Shown here: piece after piece, positions 19,617 to 29,027 of the stretch
Numbering within the stretch: position 1 is the first letter of the stretch
Layout of the letters: each line of letters starts with the position of its first letter
Assembly: GCA_963825525.1 (NCBI GenBank)
Contig: CAWGTN010000002.1
Span: 608,001-672,000 of the forward strand
Direction: 5' to 3'
Source of the DNA: an uncultured Chloroflexia bacterium
Lineage (GTDB): Bacteria > Chloroflexota > Limnocylindria > QHBO01
Length of the DNA stretch: 64,000 nucleotides
The notes under the pieces: model-generated
The model's input: only the letters and a program-made list of their open reading frames with translations
What the model was told of the DNA's origin: nothing
The model's database searches: none
Position numbers and translations under genes: made by a program

Positions 19617-20363
19617 CTAGAGCCCCAGCTCGGCCAGGCGAGCGATCAGGGGGCGCGCCTGGTGGTCGGCCCGTCGACCGAGCGTGATCTGGTCGCGGAT
19701 CTCACCATCACGAACCACCAGGACGCGATCGGCGTAGGCGGCCGCGCGCGCGTCGTGGGTGACGAGCACCACGGTCTGGCCAAGGCGATCGGCCGAGTCC
19801 CAGAGGAGGTCCAGGATCTCGGCGCCGGTCGTGTAGTCGAGATTGCCGGTCGGCTCGTCCGCCAGCAGGATGGCCGGCTTTGTGGCGAGGGCCCGGGCCA
19901 GCGCGACCCGCTGCTGCTCGCCGGCCGAGAGCTGGTCGGGTCGGTGGTCGGCTTTGTCGCTCAGACCCACCATGGCGAGCAGCTCGCTGATCCGCTCGCG
20001 GTGGCGATTCGCACTGTCACCGGCGATGAGGAACGGGAGCGCCACGTTCTCGGCCACGCTGAGCAGCGGGATGAGGTTGAAGAACTGGAAGACGAAGCCG
20101 GTCTTCTCGCGACGGGTGAGCGTTCGCCGCTCGTCGTCGAGTCCGGAGATGCCGATGCCGTCGATGACCACCTCTCCCGACGTCGGCAGGTCGAGGCCGC
20201 CCAGCAAGTGGAGCATCGTCGACTTGCCCGATCCCGAGCTGCCCATGATGGCCACGAACTCGCCGGCGCTGACCTGGAGGGAGACGCCTCGGAGCGCCTC
20301 GACCTCGCCCTCGCCCAGGGCATAGCGCTTGACGAGGTCACGAGCCTCGAGGATGACGGGCAT
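19617..20363 (-). CDS. ABC transporter ATP-binding protein (LolD/MacB-like)
   Basis: GSSGSGKST, GFVFQFFNL, LSAGEQQRV and ILLADEPTGNLD. Confidence 0.95.
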   Translation of the reverse strand: MPVILEARDLVKRYALGEGEVEALRGVSLQVSAGEFVAIMGSSGSGKSTMLHLLGGLDLPTSGEVVIDGIGISGLDDERRTLTRREKTGFVFQFFNLIPLLSVAENVALPFLIAGDSANRHRERISELLAMVGLSDKADHRPDQLSAGEQQRVALARALATKPAILLADEPTGNLDYTTGAEILDLLWDSADRLGQTVVLVTHDARAAAYADRVLVVRDGEIRDQITLGRRADHQARPLIARLAELGL

Positions 20364-20401
20364 GGGGGCAGTCTACCGACGCGACAGGTCCGGGGGACCG
20401 G

Positions 20402-21376
20402 TCAGCCGAACAGGAAGCCCAGAAGCGATCCGACGATGCTGTCGAACAGCCCCGCCTCGACCGGTGCCGCGGCCGCGACCTCCATGTCATGCGCCGGCGC
20501 GGCTTCGCCCTCAGCGGTCTGAGCTGACGGTGTCGAACGGGGAACGCCAAGGGCGTCATCGGCCGCGAGCCGTGCGGCAACGTCGACCCGGTGCGGCTCG
20601 AGGACCAGCGTCGCGAGGCCGTCGATCCCTGCAGACGACGTCGGACGGGTCGGTGTCGCGACCTTGAGCTCTTTCGGCTTCGGCGCGGCCGATGCGGCGA
20701 CCGGGGCAGGTTGCGCCACGGACCCGCCACCGCCACCACCGCCACCACCCGAGCCACCGCCACCACCACCACCGCCACCACCACCACCGCTCGGCGGAGG
20801 TGCGGTACTGCCGGCCGCCTGGAGGAAGAGCTCGGTGTACATGCGGGTGTTCTGGACGTACCCCTGGAACATCTTGTTATCGGCCGCCGCGGCACCCACG
20901 CCACCGTGCGTGAAGCGCCGATCGAGCACGTTCGCGCGGTGCCCCGGCGACTCCATGAACTTCTCGTGGACACGGACCGGCGAATACGAGTCATCCAGCC
21001 CGGAGTTCCAGCCGATGTTCTCGCCCGCCCACTGGTAGGCAAGGCCATTCGAGTCGTAGTAGACGTAGACCAGGCAACCGCAGCCCGCGATGGTGTGGCT
21101 GAAGTAGTTCTTGTTCAGCATGTCCTGGCTGCGCCATCGGGCCAGGCTGACGAGCGTTCCGTGCTGCTGCACCGGCGCCATCCCGTTGTTCGAGCGCGCC
21201 CCGTTCATGAGCTGCCACAGGGTTGCCTCGGCCGAGCCCTGGTTCCAGCCGGTGGTTGAACCGGGGCTCCAGGCAAGCAGGCCGGCGGCCAGCAGGGCGC
21301 TGAACCCGAACCCGAGCGTCCGAGCGATGACCCGTCGCGGGCGACGGAATGTCGCGGGGGCGGAGTCGAGGGGCAT
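20402..21376 (-). CDS. Secreted CAP/SCP-domain protein with Gly-rich linker
   Basis: Signal/TM helix. LMNGAR..LARWRSQDM..YFSH..AGENIG..MESPGHRANVL (CAP). Poly-Gly run. Confidence 0.85.
   Translation of the reverse strand: MPLDSAPATFRRPRRVIARTLGFGFSALLAAGLLAWSPGSTTGWNQGSAEATLWQLMNGARSNNGMAPVQQHGTLVSLARWRSQDMLNKNYFSHTIAGCGCLVYVYYDSNGLAYQWAGENIGWNSGLDDSYSPVRVHEKFMESPGHRANVLDRRFTHGGVGAAAADNKMFQGYVQNTRMYTELFLQAAGSTAPPPSGGGGGGGGGGGGSGGGGGGGGGSVAQPAPVAASAAPKPKELKVATPTRPTSSAGIDGLATLVLEPHRVDVAARLAADDALGVPRSTPSAQTAEGEAAPAHDMEVAAAAPVEAGLFDSIVGSLLGFLFG
20723..20790 (-). repeat. GGC/GGT trinucleotide run (poly-Gly linker)
   Basis: ccgccaccgccaccaccg... on the plus strand, encoding SGGGGGGGGGGGGSGGGGGGGGGS. 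Confidence 0.85.
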
Positions 21377-21537
21377 GAAAACCTCGTGTGTGGGTGCGTG
21401 GACGGGCGGCTCGAACGCCCACACCAACCCTATGGCGACCGGCCCGGCGGGTCAGTAGCCGACTGGTCCGGGTGCGGCCCATGACCCAAGCCCGTCCAGG
21501 TACTGGTCATGCCCCGTACCATTCGGTCACCTGACGT

Positions 21538-21553
21538 GGGCACGCAGCGTGCT
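21538..21553 (+). promoter_or_regulatory. Putative sigma54 -24/-12 promoter (receiver gene)
   Basis: GGGCACGCAGCGTGCT (GG-N10-GC), 12 nt before the in-frame GTG 21566. Confidence 0.5.
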
Positions 21554-21565
21554 GTGGAGGAGCGG

Positions 21566-21961
21566 GTGAAGCAGAGAGGCGCCGAGGCGCGCCACCACAC
21601 GGTCCTGGTCGTCGACGACGACGACAGCGTCCGGTCGTTCTTCGTCGAGGCCCTGACCGACGCCGGGCACTCGGTGGCCACCGCGGTGGACGGTGCCGAT
21701 GCGCTCGATCGACTCCAGGCCGGCAACGCCCCGTGTGTGGTCCTGACCGATCTCCGCATGCCACGCATGGATGGCTGGGAGCTGTCCCGCGCGGTCGCCA
21801 AGGATCCTCAGCTGGCGAGCATCCCGGTCGTCGTGGTCACCGGCGACAAGCTGCTCTCATTCACCTCACCGGCCCGGGACAAGCCGTGGTCCCCGGCCGA
21901 GCTGGATGCCATGGTCCAGCGCTCGTGCTCCCTGCACCGAACGGGCGGCGGCCGCCGCTGA
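21566..21961 (+). CDS. Single-domain response regulator (receiver)
   Basis: VLVVDDD..VLTDLRMPRMDGWEL..IPVVVVTG..KPW. The start may be 21509 or 21566. Confidence 0.85.
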   Translation: MKQRGAEARHHTVLVVDDDDSVRSFFVEALTDAGHSVATAVDGADALDRLQAGNAPCVVLTDLRMPRMDGWELSRAVAKDPQLASIPVVVVTGDKLLSFTSPARDKPWSPAELDAMVQRSCSLHRTGGGRR

Positions 21962-21968
21962 CCGTTCT

Positions 21969-23204
21969 CTAGGCCTCGCCCGTTGGCTCGGTCTCACGCG
22001 GGTCGGCGGCGTGCTCGGGGTCGTCCTCGATGCGCTCGGCAGCCACCGCCACCACCTCCTCGTGGGTGAGCTCGGGCCGCTCGCGGCGGACCTCATCGAG
22101 CACCTCGTCGACCTCCATCGCAGGCGTCTCGTCGATGGCACGCAGGTTCACGAAGTAGGTGAAGAACACGTTGAGCACGGCCAGCACCGGGATCCCAAAC
22201 AGCGCGCCCCACAGCCCCGCGATCTGTGAACCGACCAGGAGGCCCACCAGGACGAGGATGGGATGCATGCCCAACGCCTCACGCATGAGCTTCGGCTGGA
22301 GATAGTTGACCAGCACGGTCTGCACGATCAGGAGCAGCGGCGCCACGAAGATCAGGAGCCCTGGACTGAAGATGGCGGTCGCCAGGATCGGCGGCACGAG
22401 TGCCAGCGGCGGACCGAAGAACGGGATGAGCATGGCAATGGCCGAGATCGCAACCAGAAGGAATCCGTATGGCAGATCGGCCACCACGACCACGACGATC
22501 GTCAGCGCGGTCTGGACCGCGGCCAGGATGACCTGCGCCCGCAGGAACCCGCCGAAGGCATTCGACACGGTTCGCTGGAGGATCTCGTACTCGTCCGCGT
22601 AGCGCGATGGAATCACACGACCCAGCCGCGTGAGGATGCCGGCGCTGTCGGCAAGCATGTACAGGCTCAGGATGATGACGAGGACCAACGCCCCGAGAAC
22701 CGCGATCGTGACCGATGGCACATCGCCAAGGATCTCTAGGCCGATGCGTCCGACGGTCGACTCGACATCCCGGTACAGCCCCACGAGATCGGGGTTGAAG
22801 CGACCGAATGCAATGGCTCCCTCCCAGTCATTGAGGACGCCCTCGATACGAGCCCTCGTCAACGGGAAGTCCGCGGCCATCTCCCCCATCGACGCACCGA
22901 TCGAGCTTGCGGCGTAGAAGAGTACGAAGCCGCTGCCGAGGAGGGTGGCCGCGTAGACGACGCCGATGGCGGCGCCCCGCGAGAGCCAGCGGCGGTCGAC
23001 CACCCATCCGACGACCGGCGCCAGGATGAAGGCCAGCAGCCAGGCGACGAACAGGATGAGAAGGATCTGGAAGAACCCGTCCAGGATGCGAAGCAGCAGC
23101 CCGACGAGCAGAAGGGTCACGTAGATCGTGGCAACGACAAGGAACGCGGAGCGCCACCAGCGCTCGCGCTTTCCACGCGTCAGCTCGTCATCGGTTCCGT
23201 TCAC
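21969..23204 (-). CDS. AI-2E family transporter
   Basis: LLAFILAPVV, GFLRAQ, LIPFFGP, NYLQPKLM..LGMHP..GLWGALFGIP. Confidence 0.9.
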   Translation of the reverse strand: MNGTDDELTRGKRERWWRSAFLVVATIYVTLLLVGLLLRILDGFFQILLILFVAWLLAFILAPVVGWVVDRRWLSRGAAIGVVYAATLLGSGFVLFYAASSIGASMGEMAADFPLTRARIEGVLNDWEGAIAFGRFNPDLVGLYRDVESTVGRIGLEILGDVPSVTIAVLGALVLVIILSLYMLADSAGILTRLGRVIPSRYADEYEILQRTVSNAFGGFLRAQVILAAVQTALTIVVVVVADLPYGFLLVAISAIAMLIPFFGPPLALVPPILATAIFSPGLLIFVAPLLLIVQTVLVNYLQPKLMREALGMHPILVLVGLLVGSQIAGLWGALFGIPVLAVLNVFFTYFVNLRAIDETPAMEVDEVLDEVRRERPELTHEEVVAVAAERIEDDPEHAADPRETEPTGEA

Positions 23205-23238
23205 CCTGCCTCCGTTCGGTCGCCCGCCAGGCGGTCAA

Positions 23239-23254
23239 TGCACGGCCCGTGCCG
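23239..23254 (-). promoter_or_regulatory. Putative sigma54 -24/-12 promoter (AI-2E gene)
   Basis: Minus strand CGGCACGGGCCGTGCA, ~35 nt upstream of the start. Confidence 0.58.
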
Positions 23255-23263
23255 AACCGGACG

Positions 23264-23590
23264 TCAGGCAGGGAGCACCTCGACACGAGTAACCGGGGTG
23301 GACCGCAGATCACCGATGAGGAGTCGCTCACCCGGCACGATGCGTGGGACGGTCGTGGCCCAGCCGCTGGCGCGCCACGCGGTCCCCGGCACGCCGCCCC
23401 GCGGAAGGCGGCGCCACTGCACGCCGTCGTCACCGATCGAGAGCACATACGTCGAACCGGAGGCCGTCTTCGCGAGCACCACGGAGTTCATGACATCCCT
23501 CCCGCGCGCATCTTCCGATGTGCCGTCCACCGCGTCAATGATCCCGTCCAGGTCGGTGTCTCGGATGGCATCCTTGCGGCTTCGCAGCAC
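23264..23590 (-). CDS. Hypothetical protein
   Basis: Protein-like segment VVLAKTASGSTYVL...IVPGERLLIGDLRSTPVTRVEVL. Start uncertain. Confidence 0.5.
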   Translation of the reverse strand: MLRSRKDAIRDTDLDGIIDAVDGTSEDARGRDVMNSVVLAKTASGSTYVLSIGDDGVQWRRLPRGGVPGTAWRASGWATTVPRIVPGERLLIGDLRSTPVTRVEVLPA

Positions 23591-23604
23591 AGAGAGACCG
23601 CGCG

Positions 23605-24057
23605 GTGGAATTCTATCCATGGATCAAGACGCTCCACATCTTCTTCGCCATCGTGGCGGTCGGCACGAACATCACATACGCGGTGTGGCAGGCGCGCGCC
23701 GCGCGCGAGCCGGAGCACACGGGCTACGCCCTGCGCGGGATCAAGTTCCTGGATGATCGCGTCGCCAACCCGGCGTACGGTGGGCTGCTGGTGGTGGGCA
23801 TCCTCCTGGTGCTCGGCGGTCCGTGGGAGTTCAGCGAGGTGTGGATTGCCGTCTCCATCGGCCTCTACCTGCTCATGGGCGCCGTCGCCCTCCTCCTCTA
23901 CTCGCCCACCCTGCGACGACAGATCGCGAGCTACGAGGCGAATGGCGCCGACACCGCGGAGTTCGCCGCGCTCAGCTCTCGGAGCCGCATCCTCGGCATC
24001 ATGCTGGCGGTCATCGTGGTCGCCATCATCGTGCTGATGGTGGTGAAGCCCGGCTGA
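23605..24057 (+). CDS. DUF2269 family membrane protein
   Basis: IKTLHIFFAIVAVG, four TM helices and C-terminal LMVVKPG. Confidence 0.85.
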   Translation: MEFYPWIKTLHIFFAIVAVGTNITYAVWQARAAREPEHTGYALRGIKFLDDRVANPAYGGLLVVGILLVLGGPWEFSEVWIAVSIGLYLLMGAVALLLYSPTLRRQIASYEANGADTAEFAALSSRSRILGIMLAVIVVAIIVLMVVKPG

Positions 24058-24068
24058 CGGGCGTTGAC

Positions 24069-25205
24069 ATGACCGAGCGCTTCGACGCCATCATCATCGG
24101 CCTGGGCGGTATGGGGTCGGCCACGGCGCATCACCTTGCCATGCGGGGCAAGCGGGTACTGGGGCTCGAGCAGTACGACCTCCTCCATGAGCTGGGGTCG
24201 TCCCACGGGCTGACGCGGATCATCCGGCTCGCGTATCACGAGCATCCGTCCTACGTCCCGCTCCTGCGCCGCAGCTACCAGCTGTGGCATGAGCTGGAGA
24301 CACTCGCCGGAGAGCAGCTGCTCGTCACCACCGGCAGCCTCGAGGGCGGAGACGAGAACGGGGCAACATTCCGCGGCGCGCTTGAGGCCGCAGAGCTCCA
24401 CGACATCCCGCACGAGGTGCTGGATGGCGCCGAGCTGCGTCGACGCCACCCCGCCTACGCCGGGTTCGGCGACGAGACGCGCGTGGTCTGGCAGCCTGAC
24501 GGCGGGTTCCTGCTCGCCGAGCGAAGCGTGCTGGCCCACACCCGGGCAGCCGAGGCGAACGGGGCCGATCTCCACTTCCGGGAGCCGGCACTCGCGTGGG
24601 AGCCAACGGGCGGCGGCGGCGTCCGCGTCACCACCGCCGTCCGCACCTACCAGGCTGAACGGCTCGTGATCACCGCCGGGCCGTGGGCGAGCCGTCTGGT
24701 GCCCCGCCTGCAGGAGCTCGCCATTCCCGAACGACAGGTCATGGGCTGGCTGGAACCGCGACGTCCGGAGCTCTTCAGCCCTGACGCGTTCCCCGTATTC
24801 CTGCTCGACGTGGAGGGCGGCAGCTGGTACGGATTCCCCGTCCACGACGTCCCCGGCTTCAAATTCGCTCGCTATCACCATCGCGCGGAGCCAATCGATC
24901 CCGACAACCCCGACCGCTCCGCCAATGCGCAGGACGAGGCGCTTCTCCACGAGTTCGCGAGTCGCTACTTCCCCGATGGTGCAGGGCGAACCCTCATGCT
25001 CAAGGCCTGCATCTTCACCAACTCACCGGACGAGCACTTCATCGTCGATCGGCTGCCCGATGCGCCCCAGGTGAGCATTGCCGCCGGTTTCAGCGGCCAT
25101 GGGTACAAGTTCTGCAGCGTGATCGGCGAGATCATGGCGGACCTGGCCATCGAGGGAGGAACGGGCCACGACATCGGCCTGTTCAGGCTCGATCGGTTCG
25201 GCTGA
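24069..25205 (+). CDS. solA: N-methyl-L-tryptophan oxidase / monomeric sarcosine oxidase family
   Basis: IIGLGGMGSA (FAD), GSSHGLTRIIRLAY, CIFTNSPDEHFI and GFSGHGYKF. Confidence 0.9.
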   Translation: MTERFDAIIIGLGGMGSATAHHLAMRGKRVLGLEQYDLLHELGSSHGLTRIIRLAYHEHPSYVPLLRRSYQLWHELETLAGEQLLVTTGSLEGGDENGATFRGALEAAELHDIPHEVLDGAELRRRHPAYAGFGDETRVVWQPDGGFLLAERSVLAHTRAAEANGADLHFREPALAWEPTGGGGVRVTTAVRTYQAERLVITAGPWASRLVPRLQELAIPERQVMGWLEPRRPELFSPDAFPVFLLDVEGGSWYGFPVHDVPGFKFARYHHRAEPIDPDNPDRSANAQDEALLHEFASRYFPDGAGRTLMLKACIFTNSPDEHFIVDRLPDAPQVSIAAGFSGHGYKFCSVIGEIMADLAIEGGTGHDIGLFRLDRFG

Positions 25206-25208
25206 GCG

Positions 25209-25964
25209 CTACTTCCCGGCGCTGCCGATGTCGTAACGCTCAACGCTGCCGCGCAAACGCGCCTCCTCGGCCAGGATGATCGGGAGGCAGCCGCAGGCTC
25301 GATTCATGAGTCCGCGTCGATCGGAGATGGAGATCCGTCCGCGGGTGTAGCTGATGAAGCCGTCGTCTTTGAACTGGCGCACGATCACGGAGAGTGATGG
25401 GCGCTGAACGCCGATCATCTCCGCCAGGAACTCCTGGGTGACATCGAATGGCGACTCGTTGACGCGCTCGTCGACCTGGAGCAGCCAGCGCGCGGCGCGC
25501 TCGTCCAGGCGATGTCGACGATTGCACAGGATGAGCTGAGCCATGCTGACCATGACGACCTGCGTGTAACGCTGCAGCAGGTTGACGAGCAGGCCCCCGC
25601 GCTCGAGCTCGGCCCGCAAGGCCCGCGCGCTGAGGCGATGCCCGACCATCGCGACCTGGACCATGGTCTGCACGGGCATCCGGCCCGTGCCGAGGAAGAC
25701 GGGCAGGCCGGTCATCCCCTCGCGCCCGACCATCGTGGTATCCACCGATTCGCCATCGGCGCCGATGGCCACGATCGATGCGATACCGGTCACGGGGAAG
25801 TAGACGTGCTCGATCTCCGAGTCCGGCCCGTCGAGAATGGTCCGGCGCGGCAGTGCCACGGGCTCGAGGTCGGGGCGCAGGCGCTCGAATTCAGCCGAGG
25901 GCAGCGCGCCGAGCAGGACGTTGCGTCGAGGATTGTTCGGGGCATCCACGTCGCGATCAATCAC
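25209..25964 (-). CDS. Crp/Fnr family transcriptional regulator
   Basis: NVLLGALP..HVYFPVTGIAS..VGREGMTG..CNRRHRLDERAARWLL..TQEFLAEMIGVQRPSLS (HTH)..ACGC. Confidence 0.9.
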   Translation of the reverse strand: MIDRDVDAPNNPRRNVLLGALPSAEFERLRPDLEPVALPRRTILDGPDSEIEHVYFPVTGIASIVAIGADGESVDTTMVGREGMTGLPVFLGTGRMPVQTMVQVAMVGHRLSARALRAELERGGLLVNLLQRYTQVVMVSMAQLILCNRRHRLDERAARWLLQVDERVNESPFDVTQEFLAEMIGVQRPSLSVIVRQFKDDGFISYTRGRISISDRRGLMNRACGCLPIILAEEARLRGSVERYDIGSAGK

Positions 25965-26066
25965 GCCGCCAAGTGTATCCGCCTCCTTCTGTCAGAAACA
26001 ATACAGACGACATATGGTGCTCGCTCTATCGTCGCCGAACATCGTCCATGGCGCCGGAGGGAAACC

Positions 26067-26468
26067 ATGCCCGAAGATGGTATTCGCGTCACGGTCGTCA
26101 ATGACACCGAGGCGATCGCCGACCTCATCTCGGATCTGCTGACCGGTGACGCCCGGTTTGAGCACCGGCGACTGCTCGACGAGCCATCGATCGACGAGAT
26201 AGCGGCGACGGAGCCGGACTTGATCTTCCTCGGGCTGCGCACCAACGGGCGGGTACACGGGTGGAACGTTCTCGAAGCCATCCGGGGCGACACGCGACTG
26301 TCCTCGGTGTCGGTCATTCTCTGCACCGGCGACCTCCTGGCGTTGCGCGAGCGCATGGACGGAGCGGATCCGGATGCGCTGACGTACGTGCTCGAGAAGC
26401 CGTTCGATCTCGAGACGTTCGAGGCTGCAGTGAACGGAGCTCTGGGGACGGGTCGCATCGGCGCCTGA
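26067..26468 (+). CDS. Atypical receiver-domain protein (phosphoacceptor Asp replaced by Gly)
   Basis: VTVVNDT..PDLIFLGLR..GWNVLE..VILCTG..LEKPFDL. GGAGG RBS. Confidence 0.78.
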   Translation: MPEDGIRVTVVNDTEAIADLISDLLTGDARFEHRRLLDEPSIDEIAATEPDLIFLGLRTNGRVHGWNVLEAIRGDTRLSSVSVILCTGDLLALRERMDGADPDALTYVLEKPFDLETFEAAVNGALGTGRIGA

Positions 26469-26698
26469 TACCCCGATGGTCCTGTTTGACAGGATCGGCC
26501 CCTCCGCGGACACTGGGCTCACCGCTGCACACCTGAACGGGAGCGCGGGCAATTACATTCGTTCTACCGCGGCCGCAGAACGCCCGGCTCGACTGACTCT
26601 CCGGTCAGCGTCATTGGTTTCGCCGGGCTGCCGCACTCATCGTATTCACTGCGCCTGACCGGGCCCGCTGCGGCGGGCGCGTGGACGTCAGGAGACAC

Positions 26699-28012
26699 AT
26701 GTCCTTTTCCGAGCTCGGGCTGCGGCCCGAACTGCTGCGTGCCATCGCCGATTCCGGCTACGACACGCCCACCCCCGTCCAGACCGAGGCGATCCCGATC
26801 GTCCTCGCCGGACGCGACCTCATGGCCGGCGCCCAGACCGGCACCGGCAAGACGGCGGCCTTCGTGCTGCCGATCCTCCAGCGCCTGCATGCCTCGCCCG
26901 TCGAGCTCGACCGCCGAGCCGTCCGCGCACTCATCCTGGTCCCGACCCGCGAGCTGGCGATCCAGGTCGAGGAGAGCGTCCAGACCTACGGGAAGTACGC
27001 TCCACTGCGCTCGGTCGCCGTCTACGGCGGCGCGAGCCTGCCCGATCAGCTCCGCGAGCTCGATGCCGGTGCCGAGATCGTCGTCGCCACCCCGGGCCGC
27101 CTGCTAGATCTCGTGTGGCGCGGCTCGATCGACTTCGGCGCCGTGGAGTTCCTGGTCCTCGACGAGGCCGATCGGATGCTCGATATGGGCTTCATCGACG
27201 ACATCAGCACGATCATCGGCCTCCTGCCGGCCGAGCGTCAGAGCCTGCTCTTCTCGGCGACGTTCCCCGAGGCCATCCGACGACTGACCAAGAAGCTGCT
27301 GAACGACCCCGCCACCGTGCAGGTGACCCCACCGAACTCGACCACGACCCTGGTCGAGCACGTCGTCCTGCGGGTCGAGGACTCACGCAAGCGCGAGACG
27401 CTCAGCCACCTGATCTCGAGCGGGCACATCACCTCGGCCCTTGTCTTCGTGCGAACCAAGCATGGAGCTGATCGGCTGACCAACCAGCTCGCACGCGATG
27501 GCGTGCGAGTGGCCGCCATTCACGGCGACCGAGCACAGTCCCAGCGCATCGCCGCGCTCGAGGACTTCAAGGCGGGGCGCGTCCATGTGCTGGTGGCCAC
27601 CGAGGTGGCTGCGCGTGGCATCGACATCGATGCCCTCCCCTACGTCGTGAATTACGACCTGCCGCGGTCCGCGGAGGATTACGTCCATCGCATCGGTCGG
27701 ACCGGGCGTGCGGGCGTCGACGGCGTGGCCATCTCGCTGGTTTCGGAGCTTGAGCTTCCGTACCTCCACGACATCGAGAAACTCATCGGGCGACCGATCC
27801 AGGTCGAGACCGTGCCCGGCGTCGTGCGCCATGCCGGCACGCGTGACGAGCGGCCGGTCACCCGGAGCCCGCGCCACACCAACCGCGACACATCCCGTCC
27901 CGGGGGATACCGTTCTCGTCAGACGGAGCCGCGACATGCGAGTCGGTCATCATCCGGCGCGCGTCGTGGCGCATGGACGCCGCTGCCCGGGGAGCGCGCC
28001 TCCAACGGCTAA
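26699..28012 (+). CDS. rhlE: DEAD-box RNA helicase (RhlE-like)
   Basis: AQTGTGKT, PTRELA, TPGRL, DEAD, SAT and HRIGRTGRAG, with a basic C-terminal tail. AGGAG RBS. Confidence 0.9.
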   Translation: MSFSELGLRPELLRAIADSGYDTPTPVQTEAIPIVLAGRDLMAGAQTGTGKTAAFVLPILQRLHASPVELDRRAVRALILVPTRELAIQVEESVQTYGKYAPLRSVAVYGGASLPDQLRELDAGAEIVVATPGRLLDLVWRGSIDFGAVEFLVLDEADRMLDMGFIDDISTIIGLLPAERQSLLFSATFPEAIRRLTKKLLNDPATVQVTPPNSTTTLVEHVVLRVEDSRKRETLSHLISSGHITSALVFVRTKHGADRLTNQLARDGVRVAAIHGDRAQSQRIAALEDFKAGRVHVLVATEVAARGIDIDALPYVVNYDLPRSAEDYVHRIGRTGRAGVDGVAISLVSELELPYLHDIEKLIGRPIQVETVPGVVRHAGTRDERPVTRSPRHTNRDTSRPGGYRSRQTEPRHASRSSSGARRGAWTPLPGERASNG

Positions 28013-28419
28013 CCCTCGCCTCTCGCCTTGCCCCGGTGCAGGTGTCTGCGGAGGCCGTCGCTGCGTGCCTCATCGGCGCGGCGAACCAGGCCGAGCAGGA
28101 TGTATCCGTAGATCACGAGCAGGACGATTCCGAGTGGCTGGAGCGTCGCGATGAGCACGACGCCGGCCGCCATCCCGGCGATCGCCACGACGTGCGCGAT
28201 CGGCCTGGTGAAGGACGTCTCGCTCAGCGCGGCCCACAGGTGGATGGCCGATGCGAGGACGAGACCGCCGGCCATTGGCGCCACGTCGCCAAGGGACACC
28301 ACCCACACCCGTCGGCCGTCCATGGGCGGATTCATCCCCACGATGATGCCGGCCGCGTACACCAGCATGGCGATGCCCAGCAGCGCCATGGCGGTCGTTC
28401 GACCCTCGGTCATCTGCAT
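28009..28419 (-). CDS. Small membrane protein
   Basis: Four hydrophobic segments. GAGGG RBS before MQMTEG. Confidence 0.55.
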   Translation of the reverse strand: MQMTEGRTTAMALLGIAMLVYAAGIIVGMNPPMDGRRVWVVSLGDVAPMAGGLVLASAIHLWAALSETSFTRPIAHVVAIAGMAAGVVLIATLQPLGIVLLVIYGYILLGLVRRADEARSDGLRRHLHRGKARGEG

Positions 28420-28520
28420 CCCTCCCTCATCGCCGCGGTCGCGTCGATCGTGCGCCAATGCTCCATCGCCGGTCAAGGATCGCTGACCCGCTGGCGCTGG
28501 CCCGATGCGACAATCTCGAG

Positions 28521-29027
28521 ATGAGCAGCGCCCTTCCGCGAACCGTGTCGGCAATCATCCGCGACGGCTCGCGGCTGCTCCTGGTCCAGGAGCAGGGCAT
28601 CGACAACCGCAAGCCGACCTGGATGCTTCCCGGCGGTCGAGTGGCGTACGGTGAGCGCTCCGAGGCGGCGCTGCGCCGCGAGGTCCTCGAGGAGACCGGC
28701 CTGACGGTCACCGGTGCCCCGAACCTCGCGTTCAGCGTCGAGATCGATTCGCAGCTGGCGGACCTGGTCGGCCGGTGGCAGGCGCTGACGTATGTCTGCG
28801 AGGCGGATGGGGCGATCGAGCCCGCCGATCCCGAGGGCCTGATCCGGACCGCCGAATGGGTCGAGGTCGCCGAAGCCCTTGAGCACCTCGCCGCCGTCGA
28901 GTGGTACGACGCCGAGCCGCTCCGATCCTTCCTTGAGGGCGATGCGCCCGATGGCTCCGCTTGGCGCTACCGGCTCACCGGCCGCCGCGGTGCCGCGCTC
29001 CGAACCGTGGCTGAGCGGACCGGCTAG
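28521..29027 (+). CDS. NUDIX hydrolase
   Basis: Nudix box LPGGRVAYGERSEAALRREVLEETGL. Confidence 0.88.
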   Translation: MSSALPRTVSAIIRDGSRLLLVQEQGIDNRKPTWMLPGGRVAYGERSEAALRREVLEETGLTVTGAPNLAFSVEIDSQLADLVGRWQALTYVCEADGAIEPADPEGLIRTAEWVEVAEALEHLAAVEWYDAEPLRSFLEGDAPDGSAWRYRLTGRRGAALRTVAERTG

